Shown here piece by piece: positions 20,526 through 29,851 of a stretch of DNA of 64,000 nt. Location of the stretch: contig CALNYG010000015.1 of NCBI GenBank assembly GCA_942490825.1, positions 24,073-88,072 on the forward strand, in the 5' to 3' direction. The notes beneath the pieces are model-generated. The model searched no databases. It saw only the letters and a list, made by a program, of their open reading frames with translations, and was not told the DNA's origin. The DNA comes from Candidatus Moraniibacteriota bacterium (GTDB lineage: Bacteria; Patescibacteriota; Minisyncoccia; Moranbacterales; GCA-2747515). Numbering within the stretch: position 1 is the stretch's first letter; each line of letters begins with the position of its first letter. Position numbers and translations under genes: made by a program.

Positions 20526-21179
20526 ATGATTGGCAGAAAGGAATCTAAGGAAAATGTTAAAAAAAGTTTAATGAATGATAAGGAATTATTTTGTTTTTAC
20601 AATAAATATTTTTCAAGTAAAGACGAGACCACTTCTTTTATTGAAAAATGCTTGAATAAATTGTATACCCATAGAATGATGTTGAGAGTTAAGTGGTATA
20701 CGGATATAGCTGATGAAATGTCAAAAGTAAAGAATAGTCGTCCAGCATTACAAATATCTTTTCTCGTTGCTCTTGCGGAGAGTATTGCTAGACGAAGGCA
20801 CACAAAAAAAGAAGTTAATAATTTGGGCTCTCAAAAATTAGTGCTTGATTTTTTTACATATGTTTCTAATTCAGATAAAGATGAATTATGTAAAAAATTT
20901 AAAAGGCTGTTAGCTCCAAAAGGAAATCATAAATTAAGAACTTCTTCTATAGTTAGAATTTTGTATCAAGTTAGAAATAATGTTGTGCATGGAGAAGAAT
21001 ATTGGGAATTTTCTCTCTTGAATGCTGATGAAGAATCTCATGTTAGTTTAATTACAAGAGGTAGATTAGGTAAATCTAAAAGGAAAAGGAATGTTAATTT
21101 AGAAATTAAGATGAAATATGCGGAATTGAGAGATATTTTTATTAGAACGGCAATAAGAAATATAGAATCTAAATTTTAA
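20526..21179 (+). CDS. hypothetical alpha-helical protein with HEPN-like Rx4H motif
   Basis: 217 aa with 'LYQVRNNVVHGEEYW' (RNxxxHG, as in several HEPN families). Lies directly downstream of a tRNA. Confidence 0.35.
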   Translation: MIGRKESKENVKKSLMNDKELFCFYNKYFSSKDETTSFIEKCLNKLYTHRMMLRVKWYTDIADEMSKVKNSRPALQISFLVALAESIARRRHTKKEVNNLGSQKLVLDFFTYVSNSDKDELCKKFKRLLAPKGNHKLRTSSIVRILYQVRNNVVHGEEYWEFSLLNADEESHVSLITRGRLGKSKRKRNVNLEIKMKYAELRDIFIRTAIRNIESKF

Positions 21180-21243
21180 AATAGATTTTTCCAACTTTCC
21201 CATAAATGTTGTATAATAAAAACAACAAATACAAAAAACAAAT

Positions 21244-21744
21244 ATGAAAATAGATAATCTACATTTATACGATTACCTACTAGAAAGCGATTTAGTTTCA
21301 GGAAGTAAATTAGATGAGCACTTTCAAGAAGCTCAAGAAAAAAACACTCAGTTAAGTAAAATCCTAGTAGACGAAAAAATATTTAGCGAACCACAAATGT
21401 TGCGAATTGTCGCGACAGTTTTAGGTTTGCAATTTATAGATCTTTCACAGGTAAAAATTTCCAATGATGTTATTAAATTAATCCCACAGAAGGTAGCTAA
21501 AAAATTCTGTGCAGTAGCTTTTGAGAAAAAAGGAAGCGTTTTGAAAGTGGCTACTTGTGATCCAGAGCATTCAGATCTTTTTAAATTTCTAAAGCGAAGA
21601 ACGAAGTTTAAAATAGAATTTTACTTGGCAGAAAAAAACTTGATTAAAAAAGCTTTGTCGAACTATGTAAAGAAAATTTATTTGGCAGATATTTCAAATT
21701 CTGAATTATTTGAGGGAGTAGGTGATAGTGAGCAAGGGAATTGA
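21244..21744 (+). CDS. pilB: PilB/GspE N-terminal (T2SSE_N/MshEN-type) domain protein, split from the ATPase
   Basis: 'FIDLSQVKISNDVIKLIPQKVAKKFCAVAFEKKGSVLKVATCDP'. Ends 23 nt after the start of the next ORF, in a different frame. Confidence 0.7.
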   Translation: MKIDNLHLYDYLLESDLVSGSKLDEHFQEAQEKNTQLSKILVDEKIFSEPQMLRIVATVLGLQFIDLSQVKISNDVIKLIPQKVAKKFCAVAFEKKGSVLKVATCDPEHSDLFKFLKRRTKFKIEFYLAEKNLIKKALSNYVKKIYLADISNSELFEGVGDSEQGN

Positions 21745-22966
21745 TAAAGAAGAATTTATTACGCGGACGGTTGATGTTATTCTTTCGCATGCAATTAAAG
21801 ATGAAGCTGGTGAAATTCAAATTGAAAATAAAAAAGGGCAAGTGGTAGTTTGTTATCGCGTTGATGGAAAATTGGTTCAGAAAATGCTTTTGCCGGAAGA
21901 TGTTTTTGATGGAATTTTAGAAGTGATTAAATTGTTGGCAAAATTAAATACAGAAGTTGAAAATTTTTATCAAAATGGAAGTTTCGTAATTGAGAAAAAT
22001 AATGTAGAAACTTTTTTTCAAGCTAGTATTGTTCCAGATTTATTTACAGAGAGAATAATTATTCGTTTAGATGATAATGCGAATGATAATTTATCTTTGG
22101 AAAAAATCGGCATGGCTAAAAATAACGTGGAAATGGTTTATGAAGAAATCCGAAAAAATCATGGAGCGGTTTTATTTTCTAGTCCAAAAAGTGGAGGAAA
22201 AACAACTACTTTCTACACTACTTTAGGTTTGATAAATTCATCGGACAAAAATATTGCTACTGTTGAAGATCCTGTTGAGAAAAATATTAGCAAAGTTAGT
22301 CAAATTCAAGTTGATGTTCCTAATGGCGTTACTTTTGAGAAAGGTTTGCTTTCGATGATTGATAATGATGTAAATGTTGTTGGTGTGGGGGAAATTTTAG
22401 ATGAGACTACTTTGAGGCATTCATTAGATTTAGCTAATTTGGAACATTTAGTTTTGGCGACGATGCATGCTAATTCAGCCATGAATGTTATTCAGAATAT
22501 TTTTGAATTAGACACAGATTTAACTTTGGTGGCAAAAAATATTAACTCAATTGTTTCGCAAAGATTGGTAAGAAAATTATGCGTGCACTGTAGAGAAAAA
22601 TATTATTTAAGTGAAGAGGATGTTCATAAATTAGGTTTTAAATATGATCTAGCAAGAATTCAAAAAATTATTGCGAGTAGAAATGATTTTGATGGACATG
22701 TTAATTTATTAGAATTACCGTTTTATAAATCAGTTGGTTGTAGTAAATGTGGTGGTGCAGGATATAAAGGTCAGTTTGGAATTTTTGAGGTGTTGAAGCC
22801 GTCTGATCGTGTTCGAAGGTTGATTGCCAGAAGAGAAAGGGTGGAAAAAATTAAGGAGATTGTTTTGGCGGAGGGATTTGAAAATATGATTGATGATGCG
22901 TTTCATAAAGTTGTTCAGGGCGTTACAGATTTCAAGGAAATTGGTGGAATATTTAATTCGAAGTAG
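21722..22966 (+). CDS. pilB: type IV pilus/T2SS assembly ATPase (PilB/GspE core)
   Basis: Walker A variant 'SPKSGGKTTT', Asp box 'IATVEDPVE', 'VGVGEILD', His box 'LVLATMHANSA', tetracysteine 'CVHC...CSKCGGAGYKGQFGIFE'. Confidence 0.8.
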   Translation: MIVSKGIDKEEFITRTVDVILSHAIKDEAGEIQIENKKGQVVVCYRVDGKLVQKMLLPEDVFDGILEVIKLLAKLNTEVENFYQNGSFVIEKNNVETFFQASIVPDLFTERIIIRLDDNANDNLSLEKIGMAKNNVEMVYEEIRKNHGAVLFSSPKSGGKTTTFYTTLGLINSSDKNIATVEDPVEKNISKVSQIQVDVPNGVTFEKGLLSMIDNDVNVVGVGEILDETTLRHSLDLANLEHLVLATMHANSAMNVIQNIFELDTDLTLVAKNINSIVSQRLVRKLCVHCREKYYLSEEDVHKLGFKYDLARIQKIIASRNDFDGHVNLLELPFYKSVGCSKCGGAGYKGQFGIFEVLKPSDRVRRLIARRERVEKIKEIVLAEGFENMIDDAFHKVVQGVTDFKEIGGIFNSK

Positions 22967-23012
22967 AATTTAGATTTATAGGCGTTGATATTTTAGAAAA
23001 GCGTATTTTTAT

Positions 23013-23029
23013 AATTTTTTTTGTGCTCG
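23013..23029 (-). repeat. repeat family D core, copy 2 (inverted)
   Basis: GTGCTCGCCGCACGGGC. Confidence 0.8.
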
Positions 23030-23060
23030 CCGCACGGGCTTTTTATCTTGGATTTTAATT

Positions 23061-23197
23061 ATGTCATTCCCGTTCGTAGCAAAGCGGAGAGGAAGGGAAT
23101 CCAGGATAACTAAATTTATAGTTTGTAAATTAATTTTAGTTTATAATTTAACTTGAAGTTTTGTGTACCTGGATCCCCGCCTTCGCGGGGATGACAT
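23061..23197 (+). mobile_element. MITE-like element family F, copy 1 (137 bp)
   Basis: Terminal inverted repeats ATGTCATTCCCG...CGGGGATGACAT with an AT-rich core. Homologous ends occur at 51113-51272. Confidence 0.7.
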
Positions 23198-23264
23198 GTT
23201 TGGTAGTAAACTCATTCGTGCGTTTAATTATGGTGATTTTAAAAAATAGTTAAAATAATAAAAA

Positions 23265-24308
23265 ATGAATTTTTTTAAGAAAAATATTTTTAATTCGAGA
23301 GATAAAATTGGTGTTGATATTAGCGACAATTCTATTAAATTTGCTCAAATTAATGATCGGAAAAAAGATAATATTTTACAAAAGATAGGTTCTTTATTTT
23401 TGCCTGAAGGAAGCGTGGTTGATGGAATAATTGTGAACGAAGACGAAGTTAAAAAAGTAATTAAAGAGGCTTACGAAAGATTTAATCTTGATTCAAAAAA
23501 GATAATTTATTCAATACCTGAGAAGAATGTTTTTCATCGAACGATTGTTTTATCACAAAATAATGAGAGTAGGATTGACGAGGTGGTTAAGTGGGAAATT
23601 AATTCAGATCGGCAGGAGTCAATTGATAATTTTTACTATACTTGGAATATTGTTGATCACTTGGAAGATGATGATAGGAATGTGGTTGATATTTCTTTTG
23701 TGAGAAGAGAGATTATTGAGCGGATGGATAATTTTTTTGAGAGTTTGGGTTTGCAAGTTCAGGGATATGAATTTGAGTCGAATAGTTATTTAAATTATTT
23801 GCCGCGTGATAATTTTTTAAATAAATCTTTGTTGGTTGTTGATATTAGTGATAAGAATTCTAGCTTTACGATTTATGATAGGGGTAATGTTAAGTTGACG
23901 ACGGAAAATAGTTTTTCATCGCAATTGATGACTGATATTTTGGCTAAGACTTTTAATGTTTCTTCGGACGAGGCGGAAAAAATTAAAAAGACTCAGGACA
24001 TTGGTTTGGTTTTTAATAATGATCATTTTTTTAATGCTGTTCAGCCGGTGGTTGATGGGATAATTATGGATGCGAAAAATTTGGAGGATTTTTATTTGGA
24101 GGGGAATGATTTAGGTAATTCTATTGATGATGTTTTGATAGTGGGGGGTGGTTCTCGGATGAAGGGATTGTCTAAATATTTGGCGTATCGGTTGGGTAAG
24201 AATGAGGTTTGCTTGGATCGGGAAAGTGATGTTTGTACGAAGGGTTTGGATTTGAGGGATGATGAATTGGCTCGGTATGCGGTGGCGATTGGGACGGCTT
24301 TGAGTTAA
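23265..24308 (+). CDS. pilM: type IV pilus assembly protein PilM (actin-like ATPase fold)
   Basis: 'IGVDISDNSIKFAQI', 'LVVDISDKNSSFTIYD', 'LIVGGGSRMKGLSKYLAYRLG'. Confidence 0.7.
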   Translation: MNFFKKNIFNSRDKIGVDISDNSIKFAQINDRKKDNILQKIGSLFLPEGSVVDGIIVNEDEVKKVIKEAYERFNLDSKKIIYSIPEKNVFHRTIVLSQNNESRIDEVVKWEINSDRQESIDNFYYTWNIVDHLEDDDRNVVDISFVRREIIERMDNFFESLGLQVQGYEFESNSYLNYLPRDNFLNKSLLVVDISDKNSSFTIYDRGNVKLTTENSFSSQLMTDILAKTFNVSSDEAEKIKKTQDIGLVFNNDHFFNAVQPVVDGIIMDAKNLEDFYLEGNDLGNSIDDVLIVGGGSRMKGLSKYLAYRLGKNEVCLDRESDVCTKGLDLRDDELARYAVAIGTALS

Positions 24309-24314
24309 AAATAT

Positions 24315-25040
24315 ATGAGAAATGAAAAAGATTTTGCAGAAATAAATTCTTTACTGGAAAAGTTGCATAAAAGATTGGTAAATGCACATGTGTTTTTTAA
24401 AATTTGGAGAGCTCTTGAAGATTCGAAAATAATAAATAAAGATTCTTCAAATAAAAAAGAGGTTGGTGAAAATGTTGAGATGATGAATAGATATGGAAGT
24501 TTTTTCATGTATTCAATAGAGTCTCATAGAAAAATTCATTTAATAGAGCTTGCAAAATTTTTTGATGTTAGCTCAGATTCGCTTTCAATTGGAAAAATTA
24601 TTGATTATATTCAGGATAATAAAAAATTTTTGAAAGTGGGGGACTTCAATGATTTTAATAAAAATAGAAGATTTATTGAAAACTTAGTCGTTGATTATAA
24701 AGGAGTCCAGAAAAGTAATTTAAAAAAAGTAAGAATTTTTATAAAAAATAGAGGTCTTGATTTATTTAATGGAAATGAATTTGATTATAATTGTAGTATA
24801 GGGAAGCTTAAGAAATTTCGTGATCAATATTTAGCTCATGATGATGTAGTTAAAGAAGATATTAGTATTTCAATTGAAGAAATTGAGGATTTGTTTAAGC
24901 TAGCAAAAGATATTTTAAATTTACTCTCAAATAAACTTAATCATAATTTATGGTCTCATTCTTACATATTGAGTGAGGCTAAAAGAGATGTGGAATGTTT
25001 AATTGAAGATCTTAAAAAAACTAATGATGGACTTCTTTAA
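24315..25040 (+). CDS. hypothetical protein with AbiU2/HEPN-like Rx5H motif
   Basis: 241 aa, all-helical in appearance, with 'LKKFRDQYLAHDDV' in the C-terminal third. Confidence 0.35.
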   Translation: MRNEKDFAEINSLLEKLHKRLVNAHVFFKIWRALEDSKIINKDSSNKKEVGENVEMMNRYGSFFMYSIESHRKIHLIELAKFFDVSSDSLSIGKIIDYIQDNKKFLKVGDFNDFNKNRRFIENLVVDYKGVQKSNLKKVRIFIKNRGLDLFNGNEFDYNCSIGKLKKFRDQYLAHDDVVKEDISISIEEIEDLFKLAKDILNLLSNKLNHNLWSHSYILSEAKRDVECLIEDLKKTNDGLL

Positions 25041-25044
25041 ATTT

Positions 25045-25073
25045 TGTGTATCATAGCCCGTGCGGCGAGCACT
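25045..25073 (+). repeat. repeat family D, copy 3 (long form)
   Basis: TGTGTATCATAGCCCGTGCGGCGAGCACT, 5 nt after the stop codon. Confidence 0.85.
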
Positions 25074-25146
25074 TTAAAAAATATTCAAAAAGTTTTACAA
25101 TTTATTTTTAGTGTTATAATAGATATATAAAATAAAAATAAATCTC

Positions 25147-27240
25147 ATGAAACAAAAAAATAATTTTGACAAACTGTTTTATCCTAAATCAATTGCAGTA
25201 GTTGGAGCTAGTGCTACAGATGGGAAAGTAGGAAATTCAATCGCTAAAAATATTATTGGTAACAAATATAAAGGAAATGTTTATTTTGTAAATCCAAAAT
25301 ATCAAGAAATTTTTCATGTTCCTTGCTATAAATCAATAGAGGATATTCCAGTGAAGAATATCGACTGTACGATTGTTGTGGTACCGGCTAAATATGTGGA
25401 AGAGGTTATTCGTAATGGTAGCGATAAGTGTAAAAACTATGTGGTTATTTCAGCAGGCTTCGGAGAGAAGGGAATCCAAGGACATAATCGAGAAATGAGC
25501 CTTTTAAATCTAGCAAAAGAAAAAGACTTGAAAATAATGGGTCCAAATTGTTTAGGATTTATTAATTCTAAAATTAGTTTAAATGCTTCTTTTGCCTCAG
25601 GAATGCCAAATTCTAATTCGAAAACAGTTTTTATTTCTCAATCGGGTGCTTTGGCTGTGGCGTCGATGGATAAGGCTGAAAAAGAGAAATTGGGTTTTTC
25701 TCAAGTAATTTCTATCGGTAATAAAATGCAGGTGGATATCACTTCTTTGATTGAATATTTTACCGATGACGAGCAAATTGAAACCATAGCCATTTATGCG
25801 GAGGGAGTTAATAAAGGCGAGAGGCTTATTTTTGCGATTCAAGAGGCTATTCAAGAAGGGAAAAGGATAGTGGTTTTGAAATCTGGTAGAACTGAGGCTG
25901 CAGAAAAAACTATTGCTTTACATACAGGATCTTTGGCGGGGAGTGATGAAATTTTTTCAGCTGCTTTGGAAAAATCTGGAGCGATTAGAGTTGATAATTT
26001 TGAAGAGTTTTTTGATATTATGAACTTACTAGAGAGTTTGGATGTGGATAAAATGCCGTCAAATTCTAGAGTGGCGATAGTTACAAATGCAGGTGGTGCA
26101 GGTGTCTTAGTTGTGGATGAGATAGAAAAACAAAAACTTTTATCAATAACAAATTTAAGTAGTGAAACAAAAAAGGCTTTGAGGAATCTGCTTCCTGAAG
26201 AGGCTTCGGTTGAAAATACTATTGATATTTTAGGTGATGCGGATGATGTTCGATATCAAGAGACTTTAGAAAAAGTTATTAATGACGATAATGTGGATAT
26301 TATTTTTGTAGTTTTGACTCCACAAGATCAAACTCCAGTTGATAAAGTGGCAAATGTTATCATCGAATTTAGCCAAAAGAGTAAAAAACTGATTATACCA
26401 ATTTTTATTGGTGGGCAAAGAGTTGAAAATTCTTTGAAGAAGTTTAAATCTTTTAAAATTCCGAGTTTTGATTCATATGAAGTTGCTTTGAATTCTGTAG
26501 GAAAAGTTTTTCAGAAAAGAGTTTTAAATGAATTTAAAAATCATAAAGTTAATACTAAAAGAAGAGAGATTTCCTCAAAATTAATTGGACAGGCTAAAAG
26601 TGATAATCGGAGTGTATTGTATTTTTCAGAAGCGAGTAAATTGGCTAATTTATATAATTTACCGATTAGTAGGTTTTGGGATGTTACGGATGGAATGAAA
26701 GCGTCTACGCGAATTTCTTATCCTTGTGTGGCTAAAGTTGATGGTCCTAAAGTTTTACATAAAACAGAAGATGGTGGAGTAATTCTTCCAATTACGAGTA
26801 ATTTGCAATTGCAAAATGCGGTGAAAGAATTGAAAAATAAATTTAAAGAAAGTGATAATCGAATTGTTGTTCAACCACTCTATGAAAATAAAACTGAGCT
26901 TATTGTTGGGATGAAAAGAGATGAAATTTTTGGTCCTGTAATTATGATTGGTTTGGGTGGTATTTATACGGAAATATTCAAATTAGTGGATTTTTTAATT
27001 GTGCCGTTAAGTCGATCTGAAATTAAAAGGAATCTGAAAAAATCAAATGTTAGCTTTTTATTTAAAAATACGAGAGGTCAGGAAATGTATGATTTAGAAG
27101 AAATGATTGATATTATTTATGAATTATCGATTTTAGCAGAAGAAAACCCTGAAATATCTATGATTGACATTAATCCTTTACTTATTTACAATGATGGTAG
27201 AAAAAAGGCAGTTGGGGTTGATTTTAAAGTAATGATTTGA
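25147..27240 (+). CDS. ADP-forming acetyl-CoA synthetase / acetate-CoA ligase (fused alpha+beta)
   Basis: 697 aa with CoA-binding 'PKSIAVVGASATDGKVG', 'MGPNCLG', 'SQSGAL', 'HTGSLAG' and a C-terminal ATP-grasp domain. Confidence 0.8.
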   Translation: MKQKNNFDKLFYPKSIAVVGASATDGKVGNSIAKNIIGNKYKGNVYFVNPKYQEIFHVPCYKSIEDIPVKNIDCTIVVVPAKYVEEVIRNGSDKCKNYVVISAGFGEKGIQGHNREMSLLNLAKEKDLKIMGPNCLGFINSKISLNASFASGMPNSNSKTVFISQSGALAVASMDKAEKEKLGFSQVISIGNKMQVDITSLIEYFTDDEQIETIAIYAEGVNKGERLIFAIQEAIQEGKRIVVLKSGRTEAAEKTIALHTGSLAGSDEIFSAALEKSGAIRVDNFEEFFDIMNLLESLDVDKMPSNSRVAIVTNAGGAGVLVVDEIEKQKLLSITNLSSETKKALRNLLPEEASVENTIDILGDADDVRYQETLEKVINDDNVDIIFVVLTPQDQTPVDKVANVIIEFSQKSKKLIIPIFIGGQRVENSLKKFKSFKIPSFDSYEVALNSVGKVFQKRVLNEFKNHKVNTKRREISSKLIGQAKSDNRSVLYFSEASKLANLYNLPISRFWDVTDGMKASTRISYPCVAKVDGPKVLHKTEDGGVILPITSNLQLQNAVKELKNKFKESDNRIVVQPLYENKTELIVGMKRDEIFGPVIMIGLGGIYTEIFKLVDFLIVPLSRSEIKRNLKKSNVSFLFKNTRGQEMYDLEEMIDIIYELSILAEENPEISMIDINPLLIYNDGRKKAVGVDFKVMI

Positions 27241-27265
27241 TAGTTTCTATTTATTTGGATTTTTA

Positions 27266-27294
27266 TTGACTTTTTTCTGTAAAAATGATAATCT
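27266..27294 (+). promoter_or_regulatory. candidate rpmH promoter
   Basis: TTGACT, 17-nt spacer, TGa-TAATCT. Confidence 0.4.
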
Positions 27295-27330
27295 AAGTAA
27301 AGTATTAATTTTTCTCGATTTTTTAATTAT

Positions 27331-27465
27331 ATGAAAAGAACTTATCAACCAAAAAGAAGAAAGAGAAGCCGAGTTCATGGTTTTCTGAAAAGAATGTCAA
27401 CTAAGGCTGGACGTCTGGTTATTAAAAGACGTAGACAAAAAGGTAGAACTAAATTGTCTGTTTAA
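27331..27465 (+). CDS. rpmH: 50S ribosomal protein L34
   Basis: Hand translation [44 protein letters not shown] (44 aa). Missed by the ORF track because of its size. Confidence 0.92.
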   Translation: MKRTYQPKRRKRSRVHGFLKRMSTKAGRLVIKRRRQKGRTKLSV

Positions 27466-27485
27466 TTCCAACTTTCTTAAATGTT

Positions 27486-27513
27486 AAAACACCTCTTTCT
27501 GAGGTGTTTTTTT
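27486..27513 (+). terminator. rho-independent terminator
   Basis: AAAACACCTC-tttct-GAGGTGTTTT plus a T run. Confidence 0.8.
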
Positions 27514-27571
27514 GTTTATTAATTTTCATTGTATGTTATTATTTAAGTATAATTAATTTAATCGATAAATT

Positions 27572-28117
27572 ATGCAAAAAGTAACTTTTATTACAGGAAA
27601 TCAAAATAAGGCTGATTATTTATCTAAATGCCTCGGTATGGATATTGATCATATTGGTGTTGATTTAGATGAAATTCAATCTTTGGATTTACAAGAAATT
27701 ATTCAACATAAAGTTAGAGAGGCTTATAAAAAAACAAATAAACCTGTTATTGTGGATGATGTTTCTTTGGAAATTGTATCTTTAGGGCAATTACCAGGAC
27801 CTTTTGTTAAATTTTTTGTTGAACAAATGTCTCTTGAGGATATGTGTAAGCTGCCTAATGATGATAGTAGGTTAGCTATTGCTAAATCAGGAATCGGTTA
27901 TTTTGATGGAAAAGTTGAAAAATATTTTGAGAGAGAAGTTGAGGGTGCTATATCAAATGAGCCTAGAGGAGGAGGTGGCTTTGGATGGGATAAGATTTTT
28001 ATTGCAGAAGGTCTTGATGTAACTAATGCTGAATTAAGTGAAGAGGATTATCAAAATAAATTTTACTTAAAAATTAAGCCTTTTGATGAATTGAAGAAAT
28101 TTTTAAAAAGTTTGTAA
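27572..28117 (+). CDS. non-canonical purine NTP pyrophosphatase (Ham1/RdgB/ITPase family)
   Basis: 'VTFITGNQNKA', 'DLDEIQS', 'VDDVSLEI..LGQLPGPFVKFF'. Confidence 0.8.
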   Translation: MQKVTFITGNQNKADYLSKCLGMDIDHIGVDLDEIQSLDLQEIIQHKVREAYKKTNKPVIVDDVSLEIVSLGQLPGPFVKFFVEQMSLEDMCKLPNDDSRLAIAKSGIGYFDGKVEKYFEREVEGAISNEPRGGGGFGWDKIFIAEGLDVTNAELSEEDYQNKFYLKIKPFDELKKFLKSL

Positions 28118-28129
28118 AAATAAATTGGT

Positions 28130-28840
28130 ATGTCATTAAAAATAGCGATAGAGGGAAAATCTGGAGTTGGAACGACTACAATTGGTTTAGAACTTGCAAA
28201 AAAGTTAAATTGTCCTTTTGTTAGTTTTGGAATGATGTATAGATCTTTGGCTTGTATGTGTGATGAAAATGATATTAATATAGATGATGAAAAACAAGTT
28301 TTAGAATTATTTGAAGATTTGACTATTGATTTATTTTATGGCGAGAGTGCAAGAATAAACTTTAAAGGAGAATTGATTTCTGAAAAAGATAATATACAGT
28401 CTCAAGAGATAGCTAAAATTGCTTCTATCTTATCTTCTAAAAAAATAATTAGAGATAGATTTACTGAAATTCAACAAGGAACTATAAATGAAAACGATCG
28501 TATTGTAGTTGAGGGAAGGGCTTTGTCTAAGTTCTTTTCAGGTTTAGATCGTAGTTTTTATTTATACGCCAATCCAGAGATTAGAGCTGAAAGAAGATCT
28601 GATCAATTAATAGAAAATGGCGAAGAAGTTGATCGACAAGAAATTTTAAATGAGGTTCGCCGTCGTGACTGGGAAGATCGTAAAAGTGATTTAGGTAGTG
28701 ATTCTAAAAATTTAGTTCAAGTAGATGTTTCTTATTGGGATATTGAAAAAACAGTTACTAGTATAAGTAATTTCATTGAATCAGAAGAATTAAAAAAAGA
28801 ATCTAAAGAATGTAGATTGCCTAGGATTCCTTCAAGATAA
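28130..28840 (+). CDS. cmk: cytidylate kinase-like P-loop kinase
   Basis: 'IAIEGKSGVGTTTIG' P-loop and 'VVEGRALS'. Divergent. Confidence 0.55.
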   Translation: MSLKIAIEGKSGVGTTTIGLELAKKLNCPFVSFGMMYRSLACMCDENDINIDDEKQVLELFEDLTIDLFYGESARINFKGELISEKDNIQSQEIAKIASILSSKKIIRDRFTEIQQGTINENDRIVVEGRALSKFFSGLDRSFYLYANPEIRAERRSDQLIENGEEVDRQEILNEVRRRDWEDRKSDLGSDSKNLVQVDVSYWDIEKTVTSISNFIESEELKKESKECRLPRIPSR

Positions 28841-29090
28841 AAAAAGTTTTAATTTCTATAGGGTAAATTTTATTATCTTTTAGGTCTAAAGAATATAAAA
28901 TAATTTCAATTAAAATGCTTTATTTTTAAGTGAAATGAGGGTCTTTTTATAATTTTTATTTTAGTAGTTTTTGTATTTTTTAAGTTGAAAACTTTTCAAA
29001 AAATTTACGTATTACTTATAACAGGTCAGAAGATTGATTTTTTTGCTATAATGTAGAGATGAAAACAGATTATTTTTATAAATTGAAAAA

Positions 29091-29678
29091 ATGAAAGATT
29101 ATCAAAATATTTCAGATAATCAGTTAGTCGAGTTTTCCAAAAAAAATCCCGATGATTTTGGTGAGTTGATTAGACGGTATCAAAATCAGCTTTTTCATTA
29201 TGTACGTAGAATTTCTTATTTTTCCAGCGAAGACATAGAAGATATTTTACAAAATGTTTTTATTAAAATTTACAAAAATTTAAATAATTTTGATCAGGAT
29301 TTAAAATTTTCCACGTGGGCCTATCAAATTACTCGTAATACGACAATTGATAACATTCGCTCGAAACAGTCGCGACCGCAAACAGTAGATTTAGATCAAG
29401 AAGATTTAGCTAAATTTTTTCGTTCAGAGGAAAATGTTGAAAGCGATATTTTAAAAAAAGATGATTGGAAAAAAATAAAAAATATAATTTATGAGATGCC
29501 TTTTAAATATCGAGAAGTTTTGGTTTTGAAATTTTTAGAGGAAAAGAATTATGAGGAGATTATGGATATTTTGAAAAAGCCGAAGGGAAGTGTGGCAACG
29601 TTGATTAGTCGGGGGCGAAAGTTGTTGGAGAAGGAATTGGGAAAAAATGGTTTGGTTTTAGATGATACGATAATTTAA
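29091..29678 (+). CDS. ECF-type RNA polymerase sigma-70 factor
   Basis: Region 2 'FSTWAYQITRNTTIDNIR' and region 4 'YREVLVLKFLEEKNYEEIMDILKKPKGSVATLISRGRKLL'. Confidence 0.85.
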   Translation: MKDYQNISDNQLVEFSKKNPDDFGELIRRYQNQLFHYVRRISYFSSEDIEDILQNVFIKIYKNLNNFDQDLKFSTWAYQITRNTTIDNIRSKQSRPQTVDLDQEDLAKFFRSEENVESDILKKDDWKKIKNIIYEMPFKYREVLVLKFLEEKNYEEIMDILKKPKGSVATLISRGRKLLEKELGKNGLVLDDTII

Positions 29679-29700
29679 TATTTTAGTTTGAAAGTTTGGT

Positions 29701-29770
29701 GTTTTTCTGTGGGAGATTCTTCATTACTTTATTTTTTCTAACGAAAAAATAAATCCATTCAGAATGACAG
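29701..29770 (+). repeat. repeat family A, copy 4
   Basis: gtttttctgtgggaGATTCTTCAt, hairpin TTTATTTTTTC/GAAAAAATAAA, then tCCATTCAGAATGACAG. Confidence 0.8.
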
Positions 29771-29784
29771 GAAATTTTTAAATT

Positions 29785-29812
29785 ATGTATCATAGCCCGT
29801 GCGGCGAGCACT
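29785..29812 (+). repeat. repeat family D, copy 4 (A-D composite with 29701-29770)
   Basis: ATGTATCATAGCCCGTGCGGCGAGCACT. The same A-linker-D layout occurs at 35702-35813. Confidence 0.85.
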
Positions 29813-29851
29813 TTTATTTTTTAAAAACTGTAATATATTTTAAATAAAATT

